This document shows, piece by piece, positions 22,153 through 31,450 of a DNA stretch of 64,000 nucleotides. Origin of the DNA: an uncultured Alphaproteobacteria bacterium (GTDB lineage: Bacteria; Pseudomonadota; Alphaproteobacteria; HIMB59; GCA-002718135); NCBI GenBank assembly GCA_902515745.1, contig CABXWB010000002.1, positions 6,515-70,514 of the forward strand, in the 5' to 3' direction. Each line of letters starts with the position of its first letter. Position 1 is the stretch's first letter. A program made the position numbers and the translations under genes. Below the pieces are notes generated by a model. It saw only the letters and a list, made by a program, of their open reading frames with translations, searched no databases and had not been told where the DNA came from.

Positions 22153-23046
22153 ATGAAAATTAAACTTGGTATCGCTCCTATTGCATGGAGCAATGATGAT
22201 ATGCCAGAACTTGGAGGTGACACTCCTATTGAGAAATGTTTAGAGGATGCAAGCACATCTGGATTTACAGGTATAGAATTAGGTGGAAAATTTCCAAGAA
22301 ACCCGGGTATTACAAAATATCTTTTAGAAAAATTTAATTTAAAAATGCCAGGTGGTTGGTATGGTGCATTACTAAGAAAAAGAAGTGCTAAAGAAGAATG
22401 GTTAGCACTTCAAGATCATTTAAATTTATTAAAGTTAATAAGTGCAGATGTTTTTGTTTTTGCTGATGTGTCAGGATCAATCCAAGGAGATCAATCAAAA
22501 GCTCTAAGTAAAAGACCGAAACTTGAAAAAGACGAATGGGAAAGCTATTGCAAAAAAATTAGTGAATTATCAAATATGCTTATGGATGAAGGAATGCCAA
22601 TATCTTATCACGAGCATATGGGAACTATTATACAATCTGAGGAAGATGTAGATCGATTTATGGATATGACAAATCAAAATACATTTCTACTTTATGATAC
22701 TGGACATTTGATGTTTGCTGAAGCAAATTATGAAAGAGTATTAAAAAATTATATTTCTCGAATTAACCATATTCATTGTAAAGATATAAGAAAAAATGTT
22801 TTTATAAAATCAATAAAGGATGACTTGAGTTTTAGAGAGTCTTTTTTAAATGGTGTTTTCACTGTCCCGGGTGATGGATGCATCAACTATAGACCATTAA
22901 TTAAAATATTATTTGAAGAAAAGTATCAAGAATGGCTTATAATTGAAGCTGAACAAGACCCAAAAAAAGCTGATCCTCTTGAATATGCTATAATTGGATA
23001 TAATTATCTTTCAACAGCATTAAAAGAAAATGATTACACGCTTTAA
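22153..23046 (+). CDS. iolE: Inosose dehydratase-like sugar-phosphate isomerase/epimerase TIM-barrel protein
   Basis: 297 aa. LGIAPIAWSNDDMPELGG, YDTGH, FLNGVFTVPGDG and IIEAEQDP closely parallel Bacillus IolE. Confidence 0.8.
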   Translation: MKIKLGIAPIAWSNDDMPELGGDTPIEKCLEDASTSGFTGIELGGKFPRNPGITKYLLEKFNLKMPGGWYGALLRKRSAKEEWLALQDHLNLLKLISADVFVFADVSGSIQGDQSKALSKRPKLEKDEWESYCKKISELSNMLMDEGMPISYHEHMGTIIQSEEDVDRFMDMTNQNTFLLYDTGHLMFAEANYERVLKNYISRINHIHCKDIRKNVFIKSIKDDLSFRESFLNGVFTVPGDGCINYRPLIKILFEEKYQEWLIIEAEQDPKKADPLEYAIIGYNYLSTALKENDYTL

Positions 23047-23479
23047 AATTATACTCATAGTACTATCCTTAATTACACCGACTGTATTGATGGGTCATAA
23101 AGTAACTTTAGAAGATAAATCTCTTGAAGAAATAGTAAATAATAGAATGGCTTTAATGCAAAAGGTTAAAAGTACTTCATCTCAAATATTTAGATTATTA
23201 AAAAGCAATGATTACGAAGCAATTCTTGAATTAAACGAAACATTGTTACATGTTGCAACAGAATTTATAGATCACTATCCTGAAGGCAGTCAGCACAAAG
23301 GAGCTAGTGAAGAAATATGGAATGATAGAGAAACTTTTAATGAATTAAATGATAAGTTTGTAAGTGATATTGAAATGATTTCACTTAGCGCTGAATTAGA
23401 GGATAGTGAAATGCTAAATGATGCTTTTAAAGTAATGGCAGCAAATTGTGGGGCATGTCACAAAAAGTTTAGAAATTAA
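23030..23479 (+). CDS. Class II c-type cytochrome (cytochrome c-prime / c556 family)
   Basis: 149 aa. Signal peptide, four-helix-type sequence, and a single C-terminal heme motif CGACHKKFR. The start overlaps the iolE-like gene by 17 nt. Confidence 0.8.
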   Translation: MITRFKIILIVLSLITPTVLMGHKVTLEDKSLEEIVNNRMALMQKVKSTSSQIFRLLKSNDYEAILELNETLLHVATEFIDHYPEGSQHKGASEEIWNDRETFNELNDKFVSDIEMISLSAELEDSEMLNDAFKVMAANCGACHKKFRN

Positions 23480-24186
23480 TTATTTAATCTCAAGTGGGGA
23501 TTATACTTCCATTCTAAATATTTAACGAATTGTACCATTAGAAAATTTAAAAAAAGATAAAGAATTCCTGCAGCAATAAATGCTTCAACTGGCGCAAATG
23601 TTTTAGCCATTATCTTTCTAGCAATACCTGTCATTTCCATGTAGGTTGTCAGACTAACCAAAGAGGTTGCTTTAACCATTAGTATTAATTCATTACCGTA
23701 AGATGGTAAAACTTTTCGTATAGCTATTGGTAGTATAATTTTTCTTAAAAGTAAAAATTTTCCAAACCCAAGAGATTGACCTGATTCAACCTGACTTTTC
23801 TCAATTGATTGAATGCCACCTCGGAAAATTTCTGCTCCATATGCAACAGTATTAATTGTAAGTGCTATTACCCCGCACCAAAAAGGTTCTTTTAATGCAT
23901 ACCACAAAAAACTTTCTCTAATAAATTTTACGGAACCTAAACCAAAATAAATTAAATATATTTGAACAAGTAAAGGGGTTCCTCTTATAACAAAAATATA
24001 ACTAGCAATTGTTCTCGATAATAATGTTATTTTAGAAACTCTTCCTAGAGCAAATAATAATGCTAAAACAAAACCAAGTGGTAATGAAATTAATAATAAT
24101 AAAATTGTATTATCTAAGCCAGATAGGACCAAAAAGAAATTTTTATAAATTAAAGAATTTTGAATATTATTTAAAAATTCAATCAT
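23476..24186 (-). CDS. Polar amino-acid ABC transporter permease (HisM type)
   Basis: 236 aa, multi-TM. EAA-type loop EIFRGGIQSIEKSQVESGQSLG. Overlaps the upstream permease gene by 4 nt. Confidence 0.88.
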   Translation of the reverse strand: MIEFLNNIQNSLIYKNFFLVLSGLDNTILLLLISLPLGFVLALLFALGRVSKITLLSRTIASYIFVIRGTPLLVQIYLIYFGLGSVKFIRESFLWYALKEPFWCGVIALTINTVAYGAEIFRGGIQSIEKSQVESGQSLGFGKFLLLRKIILPIAIRKVLPSYGNELILMVKATSLVSLTTYMEMTGIARKIMAKTFAPVEAFIAAGILYLFLNFLMVQFVKYLEWKYNPHLRLNN

Positions 24187-24890
24187 GTTGAAAATCCTTT
24201 TGAATAATTTACTTCTAGCGTTTTAAAAACCCTGCCAGAGATTGTTGTTAAACATAAATATAATATTGCTGCTGTTATTAAGAAAGTTAAAGGTGAATGC
24301 TCAACGTTAGAAGATATTCTAGATTGACGCATAATTTCAACAAGACCAGTTACGGAAATTAGTGAAGTATCTTTCAGAGTTATTTGCCATACATTCCCTA
24401 TTCCCGGTAAAGCATGTCTTATAACTTGAGGCGAAATAACTTTAAAAAAAATACTAAATTTATTCATACCCAGTGCTCTTGCAGCTTCTATTTGACCCTT
24501 AGATATAGCCAAATAAGAAGCTCTTAAAACTTCACTGGAATATGTAGCTGATATTACTGCAATGGCTATTGTCGCAATTGTAAGCGCATTAAGCTCAATA
24601 TACTTATTATAACCAAATACTTTAGCGATACTCATAACAACAGCATTGCCGCCAAAGAAAATTAGATAAATAACTAATAATTCAGGAACACCTCTAATTA
24701 CTGTTGTATAAATATTTGCAATAAATCTTGTTATTCTGTTTTGTATTATCTTTGCCCAAACTGTAATAATTGCTAAAAAAAGGCCTAACCCCATTGATAA
24801 AATGCTTACTAGTAGAGTCATGAGTGTTGCTATAAGAAATTCATCGCCCCACCCTGCATCTCCAAATACAAGTTTGTCAAATTTGAACAT
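24183..24890 (-). CDS. Polar amino-acid ABC transporter permease (HisQ type)
   Basis: 235 aa, multi-TM. Loop EVLRASYLAISKGQIEAARALGM. Confidence 0.88.
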   Translation of the reverse strand: MFKFDKLVFGDAGWGDEFLIATLMTLLVSILSMGLGLFLAIITVWAKIIQNRITRFIANIYTTVIRGVPELLVIYLIFFGGNAVVMSIAKVFGYNKYIELNALTIATIAIAVISATYSSEVLRASYLAISKGQIEAARALGMNKFSIFFKVISPQVIRHALPGIGNVWQITLKDTSLISVTGLVEIMRQSRISSNVEHSPLTFLITAAILYLCLTTISGRVFKTLEVNYSKGFST

Positions 24891-24949
24891 ATAAGGGTAA
24901 ACAAGTAATCATGAAAAATATACTTGTCTACCTTCTAATATAAGAAATT

Positions 24950-25924
24950 TTAAATCAGAATTTTATCTATTTCTTCAATCACTCTAGAGACAGATATTTT
25001 ATTGATATTTATTGAGTTAAAATCACTTGAGGATATAGAAAATAGATTTCGATTTTCAGGAGTAAATTTTGTAGAATCTTTGGGGCCAAAAAGTTTAATT
25101 AATGGGCAATATCCAGTGGACAACATATGACTAACACCGCTATCATTCGAAATGGCTAATTGTAAATATTTGGTTGTAGCCATAATAATTTCTATATTTT
25201 GAAATCCAGTAATATGATCCTCAATAAATATTGAGTCAGGATAAAGATTTTTTAATTTTTCTTTTAAATATAATTCGTCAGGTCCAATAAAAAAAACTAT
25301 AGTCTTATTATTTCTTTCAAAATAATTACATAATTCAATGTATTTCTCTAAAGGCCAAATCTTATTTTTTTCACCTGCACCAGGTGCAATTCCTACATAA
25401 CTTTTATGTTTTAATAAAATATTACTTATTAGTCCCTCGAGATTTTCACTTATTGGAATTTTAAAATTACTTCTATTTTTTTTAATAACTATTAAATCTA
25501 ATAAATCTAAAATATAGTTTAAATAATATTTTCTTTTCTTATTACTTTTAATTTTTTTAGAAGAAAAAAAACCATTAGCTGATCCAGAAATAAAATTTTT
25601 ATGCTTGATTCGTTTTAATGATATAGTTCTTATTACTGATTTTTGTGTATCTAAAATATAATCAAAAAATTCATTCTCTAAATTATATTTTTTTGATATT
25701 TTATTCCAAAAAAATGGACTAAGTTCTGCTTGATCAAGAATCTCATCAATATAATTACTTGCAATGAATTTAAGAGTATTTGAATAAACAGTCTTACCCT
25801 TATTGGTAAGCCAATATAACTTATAATCTGGAAGTCTTGTTTTTATTTCATGTAGAAGTTGTAATTTTATTATTCCATCTCCAATTTTTTCACCATTTGA
25901 AAAAACTAAAATTTTTTTGTCCAT
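24950..25924 (-). CDS. Glycosyltransferase family 9 (heptosyltransferase-like)
   Basis: GT9 pattern: IGDGIIKLQLLHEIKTRLPDYKLYWL, KIWPLEKYIELCNYF, and SNDSGVSHMLS...KLFGP. The ORF is open to a GTG at 25942; the ATG at 25924 (MDKKILVF) is preferred. Confidence 0.72.
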   Translation of the reverse strand: MDKKILVFSNGEKIGDGIIKLQLLHEIKTRLPDYKLYWLTNKGKTVYSNTLKFIASNYIDEILDQAELSPFFWNKISKKYNLENEFFDYILDTQKSVIRTISLKRIKHKNFISGSANGFFSSKKIKSNKKRKYYLNYILDLLDLIVIKKNRSNFKIPISENLEGLISNILLKHKSYVGIAPGAGEKNKIWPLEKYIELCNYFERNNKTIVFFIGPDELYLKEKLKNLYPDSIFIEDHITGFQNIEIIMATTKYLQLAISNDSGVSHMLSTGYCPLIKLFGPKDSTKFTPENRNLFSISSSDFNSININKISVSRVIEEIDKILI

Positions 25925-26150
25925 ATTTGAATACTTTAACACAAATTTTGTAAGAGTCTATTTTTGAAGAATTGTAAGATTAAATAGCTGTAAATTAAAA
26001 CAAAAGATTTCGAAGGTGATAAAAGGTGATATTTACGACCTTATTAACTAACCAAAAATTAACAAAAACTAAACTTTTCTCTAATAAAAGCTGTGTTGTT
26101 TATTTTTGAAAAAACAAAATGAGTCACCTTCAAAAAAAGTAAAAAAAAAG

Positions 26151-26226
<76 letters not shown>

Positions 26227-26278
26227 ACAAGACATCAGATAAAGTATTTATAATTAAATTCAATTAAAAATAGAATAA

Positions 26279-26458
26279 TTAATCGGATTTTATTTGGAGC
26301 CCATGTTCATCAGTGAGCCATTTCATCAAATCAAGACTAGCACATTTTTTTGAACAAAAAGGTATAAATGGTTCCTTAGAAACCTTTTTACATGTTGGGC
26401 ATTTAGATTTTTTTTTTAAAGAAATGATATTATTTTTTTTAGATTTTTTTATTTCCAT
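26279..26458 (-). CDS. yacG: DNA gyrase inhibitor YacG (zinc-finger protein), 59 aa
   Basis: Below the ORF-track cutoff. My translation is [59 protein letters not shown]. It carries the YacG signature CPxC...PFCSxxCxxxDLxxW. The ATG overlaps the infA 3-prime end by 10 nt. Confidence 0.75.
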   Translation of the reverse strand: MEIKKSKKNNIISLKKKSKCPTCKKVSKEPFIPFCSKKCASLDLMKWLTDEHGLQIKSD

Positions 26459-26667
26459 CTAAAAGTAATTCTACCTTTTGTTAAATCATATGGTGTCATT
26501 TCTACTGTAACTTTATCACCAGCTAACACTCTTATTCTGTTTTTTCTCATTTTACCTGATGAGTGAGCTAGAATTTCATGATCATTCTCTAATTTTACTT
26601 TAAACATTGCATTTGGAAGAAGTTCTAAGACAACCCCTTGAAATTCAATCGATCCTTCTTTTGGCAT
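26449..26667 (-). CDS. infA: Translation initiation factor IF-1
   Basis: 72 aa. [70 protein letters not shown] is a textbook IF-1 S1 domain. Confidence 0.97.
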   Translation of the reverse strand: MPKEGSIEFQGVVLELLPNAMFKVKLENDHEILAHSSGKMRKNRIRVLAGDKVTVEMTPYDLTKGRITFRWK

Positions 26668-26691
26668 ATTTTTAATAGCTTATAGTAAAAA

Positions 26692-27972
26692 TTATTTCTT
26701 TTGTCTAATTTTAACTGATAATTTATGTCCATCTAAACCTTCAAGTCCAGACATTTTTTGGGTATCTTCTGAAAGAGTATTAAAAGATTTTTTATTCATC
26801 TCAACTACAGAACTTCTTTTCATAAAATCTAAAACACCTAACCCTGATGAAAATTTTGCCGCTCCAGATGTCGGCAACACATGATTAGTTCCTACAATAT
26901 AATCACCAAAAGCTTCAACAGAATACTCACCTAAAAAGATACCGCCGGCATTATTTATCTTTGATAATAATTTTGCATAATCAGAAATATGTATATGTAA
27001 ATGTTCTGGTGCAATAAAATTTATAATTTCTGATGCAAGTTCTATATTGTCAACCAAAACTATAATGCCATTATTTTTAAAACTTTTCTCAATTATTTTC
27101 TTTTTTGGTAAATCTTGCTTAATTTTTTTAATTGAATTTAAGACTTTAGTTGAAAAATTTTTATTGTCTGTAATTAAAATTGACTGTGCATTTTCATCAT
27201 GTTCTGCTTGAGCTATTAGATCTGAAGCTACCCAATCTGGATTATTATTGTTGTTTGCAACAACTATTATTTCAGATGGTCCTGCTAGTAAATCTATTCC
27301 TACTTTTCCATATAATTGCTTTTTAGCTTCTGCAACATAAGCATTACCAGGCCCAAAAATTTTGTTAACTGGTTTAATTGTTTGAGTACCAAACGTTAGT
27401 GCACTAATAGCTTGAGCACCTCCTACAAAATATGTTTCTTTAATACCTAATTCTTTTATTAATTTGATAAAGTAAGGATTAATTGATTTAGTGGGTGGTG
27501 TTATACAAACAATTCTTTTAACACCAGCTATGATTGCTGGTATCGTGTTCATAATTAAAGATGAAGGATAAAAAGCCTTTCCTCCAGGTACGTACAAACC
27601 AACTGAATCAATAGGTTTCCATACTGATTTCAATGTTGCTCCATTATTAGTATAGATAATATTTTTAGGTAATTGCTGTTTATGAAATGATGAAATATTT
27701 TTAATAGCTTTTTTAAAACTATTTAATATTTTTGGCTCAGCTTTAGATTGAATTTTTATTTTAGATAAATCTAAACTAAGATCATTTTTACTAATTCTAA
27801 CTTTATCAAATTTTGAAGCGTATTTAACTAGGGATTTATCACCATTTTTTTTTACATCATTAATAATTTTTTTTACATCAACTTGAATTGATTTACTTGA
27901 TAATGAATTTCTTTTTTCAATTATTGTTTGAAGTTGGTTATAAAAATTTTTGTTAAATTTTATTATTTTCAT
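26692..27972 (-). CDS. hisD: Histidinol dehydrogenase
   Basis: 426 aa. Has GPGNAYVAEAK, LIAQAEHDENA and GDYIVGTNHVLPT. Confidence 0.95.
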   Translation of the reverse strand: MKIIKFNKNFYNQLQTIIEKRNSLSSKSIQVDVKKIINDVKKNGDKSLVKYASKFDKVRISKNDLSLDLSKIKIQSKAEPKILNSFKKAIKNISSFHKQQLPKNIIYTNNGATLKSVWKPIDSVGLYVPGGKAFYPSSLIMNTIPAIIAGVKRIVCITPPTKSINPYFIKLIKELGIKETYFVGGAQAISALTFGTQTIKPVNKIFGPGNAYVAEAKKQLYGKVGIDLLAGPSEIIVVANNNNNPDWVASDLIAQAEHDENAQSILITDNKNFSTKVLNSIKKIKQDLPKKKIIEKSFKNNGIIVLVDNIELASEIINFIAPEHLHIHISDYAKLLSKINNAGGIFLGEYSVEAFGDYIVGTNHVLPTSGAAKFSSGLGVLDFMKRSSVVEMNKKSFNTLSEDTQKMSGLEGLDGHKLSVKIRQKK

Positions 27973-28616
27973 TTTACAAAAGTACCTATTTCAGAAATAA
28001 TTTTTGACAACTCATTCATATTTGTCTTATAAGCTGATCTATTGACAATTAATTTAGATTGAATTTTCATTATTTCTTCAATTTCAGTCAAACCGTTTTC
28101 TTTCAATGTTTTTCCTGTAGAAACTAAATCTACAATTCTCCTACACATATTTAAAGAGGGGGCTAATTCCATTGATCCACTTAGTTTTATAATTTCTACT
28201 TGTATTCCCTTATTATAAAAAAATTTTTTAGTAATATTTGGGTATTTAGTAGCAATTCTAATATTACTCCAGGTTTCTGGATCCTCTTTTTTTAATAAAG
28301 ATTTCAGAGCAGCTACAGAAATTCGACAATGACCAATATTTAAATCAAGTGGAGCATATATTTCTGAGTAATCAAATTCATTAATTACATCCTCACCAGC
28401 TATTCCTATTTGCGCAGCTCCAAATGCAACAAATGTACATGCATCAAAGGCTCTTACTTTAATATACTCAATGTTTCTTTTTTTAGATTTGAACGTTAAC
28501 TTTCTTGTATCTTTATCAAATAGTAGAGGATCAGGAGCAAAACTTGTTTTAAGTAACAAGTTTTTACATTCTTTTGTTATTCTGCCTCTCGGTAATGCAA
28601 TAACTATTTTGCTCAT
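27969..28616 (-). CDS. hisG: ATP phosphoribosyltransferase (short form)
   Basis: 215 aa. IALPRGR and DLVSTGKTLKENGL. Overlaps hisD by 4 nt. Confidence 0.92.
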   Translation of the reverse strand: MSKIVIALPRGRITKECKNLLLKTSFAPDPLLFDKDTRKLTFKSKKRNIEYIKVRAFDACTFVAFGAAQIGIAGEDVINEFDYSEIYAPLDLNIGHCRISVAALKSLLKKEDPETWSNIRIATKYPNITKKFFYNKGIQVEIIKLSGSMELAPSLNMCRRIVDLVSTGKTLKENGLTEIEEIMKIQSKLIVNRSAYKTNMNELSKIISEIGTFVK

Positions 28617-28662
28617 AAATTGCAGGCTTTTATATTGTGATCAAAGAAAAAACTAGAAAAAG

Positions 28663-29919
28663 TTAGTTTTTCTGTCTTTTTATTTTTGCTCCCAAACTAC
28701 CTAATGTTTTTTCAATATTTTCATAGCCTCTATCAAGATGATAGACACGATTTAGTGTCGTTTGACCATTCGCATTCATAGCAGCTAACACTAAACTTAT
28801 ACTAGCTCGTAAATCACTAGCCATTACCTGTGCGCCTTTAAATGTTTGATTGCCTATTATTGTAGCGGTATCTTTTTCTACTGTAATATTCGCACCTAAT
28901 CGATTCAGTTCAGGAACATGCATGAATCTATTTTCAAAAATTGTTTCTTTAATTTTTGACTTCCCATAAGAGATACACATAAGAGACATTAACTGAGCTT
29001 GTAAATCGGTGGGAAAACCTGGATATGGACTAGTTGAAAGACTAGTAGATTTTAGTTTTGATCCTTTAGAGACTTTTATCGAATTTTTACTTACTTTTAA
29101 TTTTGCACCCATTTTTTTTAAAATATCAATTAAGGATTTTAAATAAATAGTATTAAAGTTATTTATTTCTAAAGCTGAATTTAATATCAAAGCTGCAATT
29201 ATATATGTGCCAGCTACAATTCTATCAGCAATTATATCATGCTCTGCTTTTTTTAAATTTGTAACACCTTGTATAAGAATAGTTTTTGTTCCATGACCTT
29301 CTATTTTTGCACCCATTTTTATAAGACAGTTTGACAAATCTTCTATTTCTGGTTCTCTTGCAGCATTAGAAATTTTAGTTTCACCTTTTGCTAATACTGA
29401 GGCCATTAGTATATTTTCAGTTGCTCCTACACTTGGAAATGGTAATTTAATTTTATTTCCAATCAATTGTGATTTAACACTGCCGACAACAAAACCATTT
29501 TGAATTTCAAAATTAGCTCCCAATTTTGATAAACCAGCAAGATGTATATCTATTGGCCTAGTTCCAATGGCACATCCTCCTGGTAAAGATATTCTAGCCT
29601 CACCAAATCGAGATAGTAATGGACCTAGAATCAATATAGAGGCTCTCATTTTTCGCACAACATCATAATCTGCTGATAGATTCTTAATTTTTGAGGGATT
29701 TATTTTTAATTTATTTTTTTTATGTTCAATTTTTACACCATAATTTTTTAGTATTTTTATTAAATTTAGAACATCAACCACATTAGGTACATTTGAAAGT
29801 TTTAAAGTTTTTTCAGATAAAAGAGAAGATACTATAATTGGTAGTGCAGAATTTTTTGAACCATGGACATTAATTGAGCCAGAAATTTTAGAACCTCCTT
29901 TAATTATTAATTTATCCAT
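28663..29919 (-). CDS. murA: UDP-N-acetylglucosamine 1-carboxyvinyltransferase
   Basis: 418 aa. Has GSKNSALPI, active-site GGCAIGTRPID, and FPTDLQAQ. Confidence 0.96.
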   Translation of the reverse strand: MDKLIIKGGSKISGSINVHGSKNSALPIIVSSLLSEKTLKLSNVPNVVDVLNLIKILKNYGVKIEHKKNKLKINPSKIKNLSADYDVVRKMRASILILGPLLSRFGEARISLPGGCAIGTRPIDIHLAGLSKLGANFEIQNGFVVGSVKSQLIGNKIKLPFPSVGATENILMASVLAKGETKISNAAREPEIEDLSNCLIKMGAKIEGHGTKTILIQGVTNLKKAEHDIIADRIVAGTYIIAALILNSALEINNFNTIYLKSLIDILKKMGAKLKVSKNSIKVSKGSKLKSTSLSTSPYPGFPTDLQAQLMSLMCISYGKSKIKETIFENRFMHVPELNRLGANITVEKDTATIIGNQTFKGAQVMASDLRASISLVLAAMNANGQTTLNRVYHLDRGYENIEKTLGSLGAKIKRQKN

Positions 29920-30061
29920 TTTTGCTAATAGCTTTTTTTCTTTTAAAAATATTTGATTTCAGTTTTTTTTCTAACCTTTTTATTCTTGTTAAGCGTATTT
30001 CTTTTTTAGAATCATTTTTTGTTTGATGTGTTTCTTTTTCTTTATTTAATTTATCTGTCAT
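29912..30061 (-). CDS. Small lysine-rich hypothetical protein (49 aa), translationally coupled to murA
   Basis: My translation is MTDKLNKEKETHQTKNDSKKEIRLTRIKRLEKKLKSNIFKRKKAISKNG. Its stop overlaps the murA ATG (AATGGATAA). It fills an otherwise empty 150-nt gap. No homology could be assessed. Confidence 0.35.
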   Translation of the reverse strand: MTDKLNKEKETHQTKNDSKKEIRLTRIKRLEKKLKSNIFKRKKAISKNG

Positions 30062-30070
30062 AAATAAGAT

Positions 30071-30256
30071 TTAATTATTATTATTTTTTTTTAATCCATT
30101 TTTAGAGCATTTCTTAGAACAATATAAAACATTCTTCCAATCTCTTTCCCATTTTTTTCTCCAAGAGAATGGCTTATTGCAAACAATACAAACTTTAGAT
30201 GGTAAGTTTCTCTTCAAGATTTTACTCAAATAGGTAAAAATATCCGTAGGCAACAA
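30071..30256 (-). CDS. DUF2256-type zinc-ribbon protein
   Basis: [29 protein letters not shown] matches the DUF2256 pattern CxxCxxPFxWRKKW...YCSxxC. The listed start is a TTG. An internal TTG at 30229, overlapping the upstream stop, would give 52 aa. Confidence 0.7.
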   Translation of the reverse strand: MLPTDIFTYLSKILKRNLPSKVCIVCNKPFSWRKKWERDWKNVLYCSKKCSKNGLKKNNNN

Positions 30257-31370
30257 CTAATGCAGGAATTGCACTATAAAGAGTTGCTAAAATCGCAGCT
30301 TTTGGGGCAAGAGCAATTGCTGGGAATAAAGCATCACCATCATTTGAAATAGCATTACCAAGCTCTGCAGAAAGAGGAATATAGCCATTTAGATAAAACG
30401 TTGCTACAACAACTTGCGGTCCACAACCAGGTAAAAAACCAAATATAATTGCTACTAATGGAACAAACGGTAGCCATAAATCAAAAAAGATTTTTAAATC
30501 TAAACTTGTAAAGTACATAAATATTTCAAAGACAAGAAAACCACTAATGACCCAGGTGGTTACAAAATTAGTTGTATCTACTACTCTTGATAATAATCCT
30601 CTACTTTTGTCAGTTGAGCATTGAAAATCACTTAATGGATTTAATGACCACATAAATATTGAAAGTATTGCTCCAGCAGAAGCTACAAAAACTAAAAGTG
30701 AGTTGTAAACTGGTGAAAATTCTATCTGGAATGCAACTAGAATACCTAAAATAAAACCAGGGATAAATAAAAAAAGCCAAAAGAAATTAAAATTCGATAC
30801 AAAAGTTTTATTTATTTTTTCAAATTCAACTTTTATTTTTGTCTCTGATTGCATAAAATTTATGCCATGAATAAAATCAATTATATAACCTGAAATTGAT
30901 CCAACAATTATTCCAATACCAAATATTAAAAGTCCTGTTGTGGGCTCAATAGCAAGTATTAAAAAAGCTGCATCGCCCATTGTTGCTGTTAACACAGCGA
31001 CTAAGGATCCAAAAGAAATACGGCCCTGAATATATTGCGTCACAACTATTATAGCTCCACCACATCCAGGTATTGCACCTAAAAAAGCAGCTATACCGAC
31101 ATGGAACTTTTGTGTCTTAGATAAAAAATTCTTTACATCAAATTTTGTTAAACTGTCCAATCCAATAAAAACAAAAAGAGTAAATCCTACAAAAACAGAT
31201 ACTTGGATATAAGCATCTATCAATGATGATCGTATAACTTCTCCAAACTCTCCTCCTTGAAAAACAAGAGAAAGTAATAATAGACCAAAGAAAGATTTCT
31301 TTAATAACCTTCCATCATTCTCAAGAATGATCTTTGTTTTTTCATTAATAGCGTTAATTAGCGCATTCAT
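30222..31370 (-). CDS. Polytopic membrane protein, putative divalent-metal (Mn) transporter
   Basis: 382 aa, about 10 TM. Two homologous halves each carry PGCG and GDA(A/L)F motifs ([11 protein letters not shown]...MGDAAFL and [11 protein letters not shown]...DGDALFP). This resembles the predicted 10-TM heavy-metal exporter family. It is divergent from mntR. Confidence 0.65.
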   Translation of the reverse strand: MNALINAINEKTKIILENDGRLLKKSFFGLLLLSLVFQGGEFGEVIRSSLIDAYIQVSVFVGFTLFVFIGLDSLTKFDVKNFLSKTQKFHVGIAAFLGAIPGCGGAIIVVTQYIQGRISFGSLVAVLTATMGDAAFLILAIEPTTGLLIFGIGIIVGSISGYIIDFIHGINFMQSETKIKVEFEKINKTFVSNFNFFWLFLFIPGFILGILVAFQIEFSPVYNSLLVFVASAGAILSIFMWSLNPLSDFQCSTDKSRGLLSRVVDTTNFVTTWVISGFLVFEIFMYFTSLDLKIFFDLWLPFVPLVAIIFGFLPGCGPQVVVATFYLNGYIPLSAELGNAISNDGDALFPAIALAPKAAILATLYSAIPALVVAYGYFYLFE

Positions 31371-31390
31371 TGGATGTATATATAGCTAAT

Positions 31391-31412
31391 AAATATAGCT
31401 ATGGCTATATTT
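31391..31412. promoter_or_regulatory. Candidate MntR operator (perfect 9-bp inverted repeat)
   Basis: AAATATAGC-TATG-GCTATATTT lies in the 80-nt divergent spacer between the transporter and mntR. An extra half-site-like copy TATATAGCTA is at 31377-31386. Confidence 0.45.
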
Positions 31413-31450
31413 TATGTTAATTTTTATTGATTATTATGTTAAAAAAAAGG

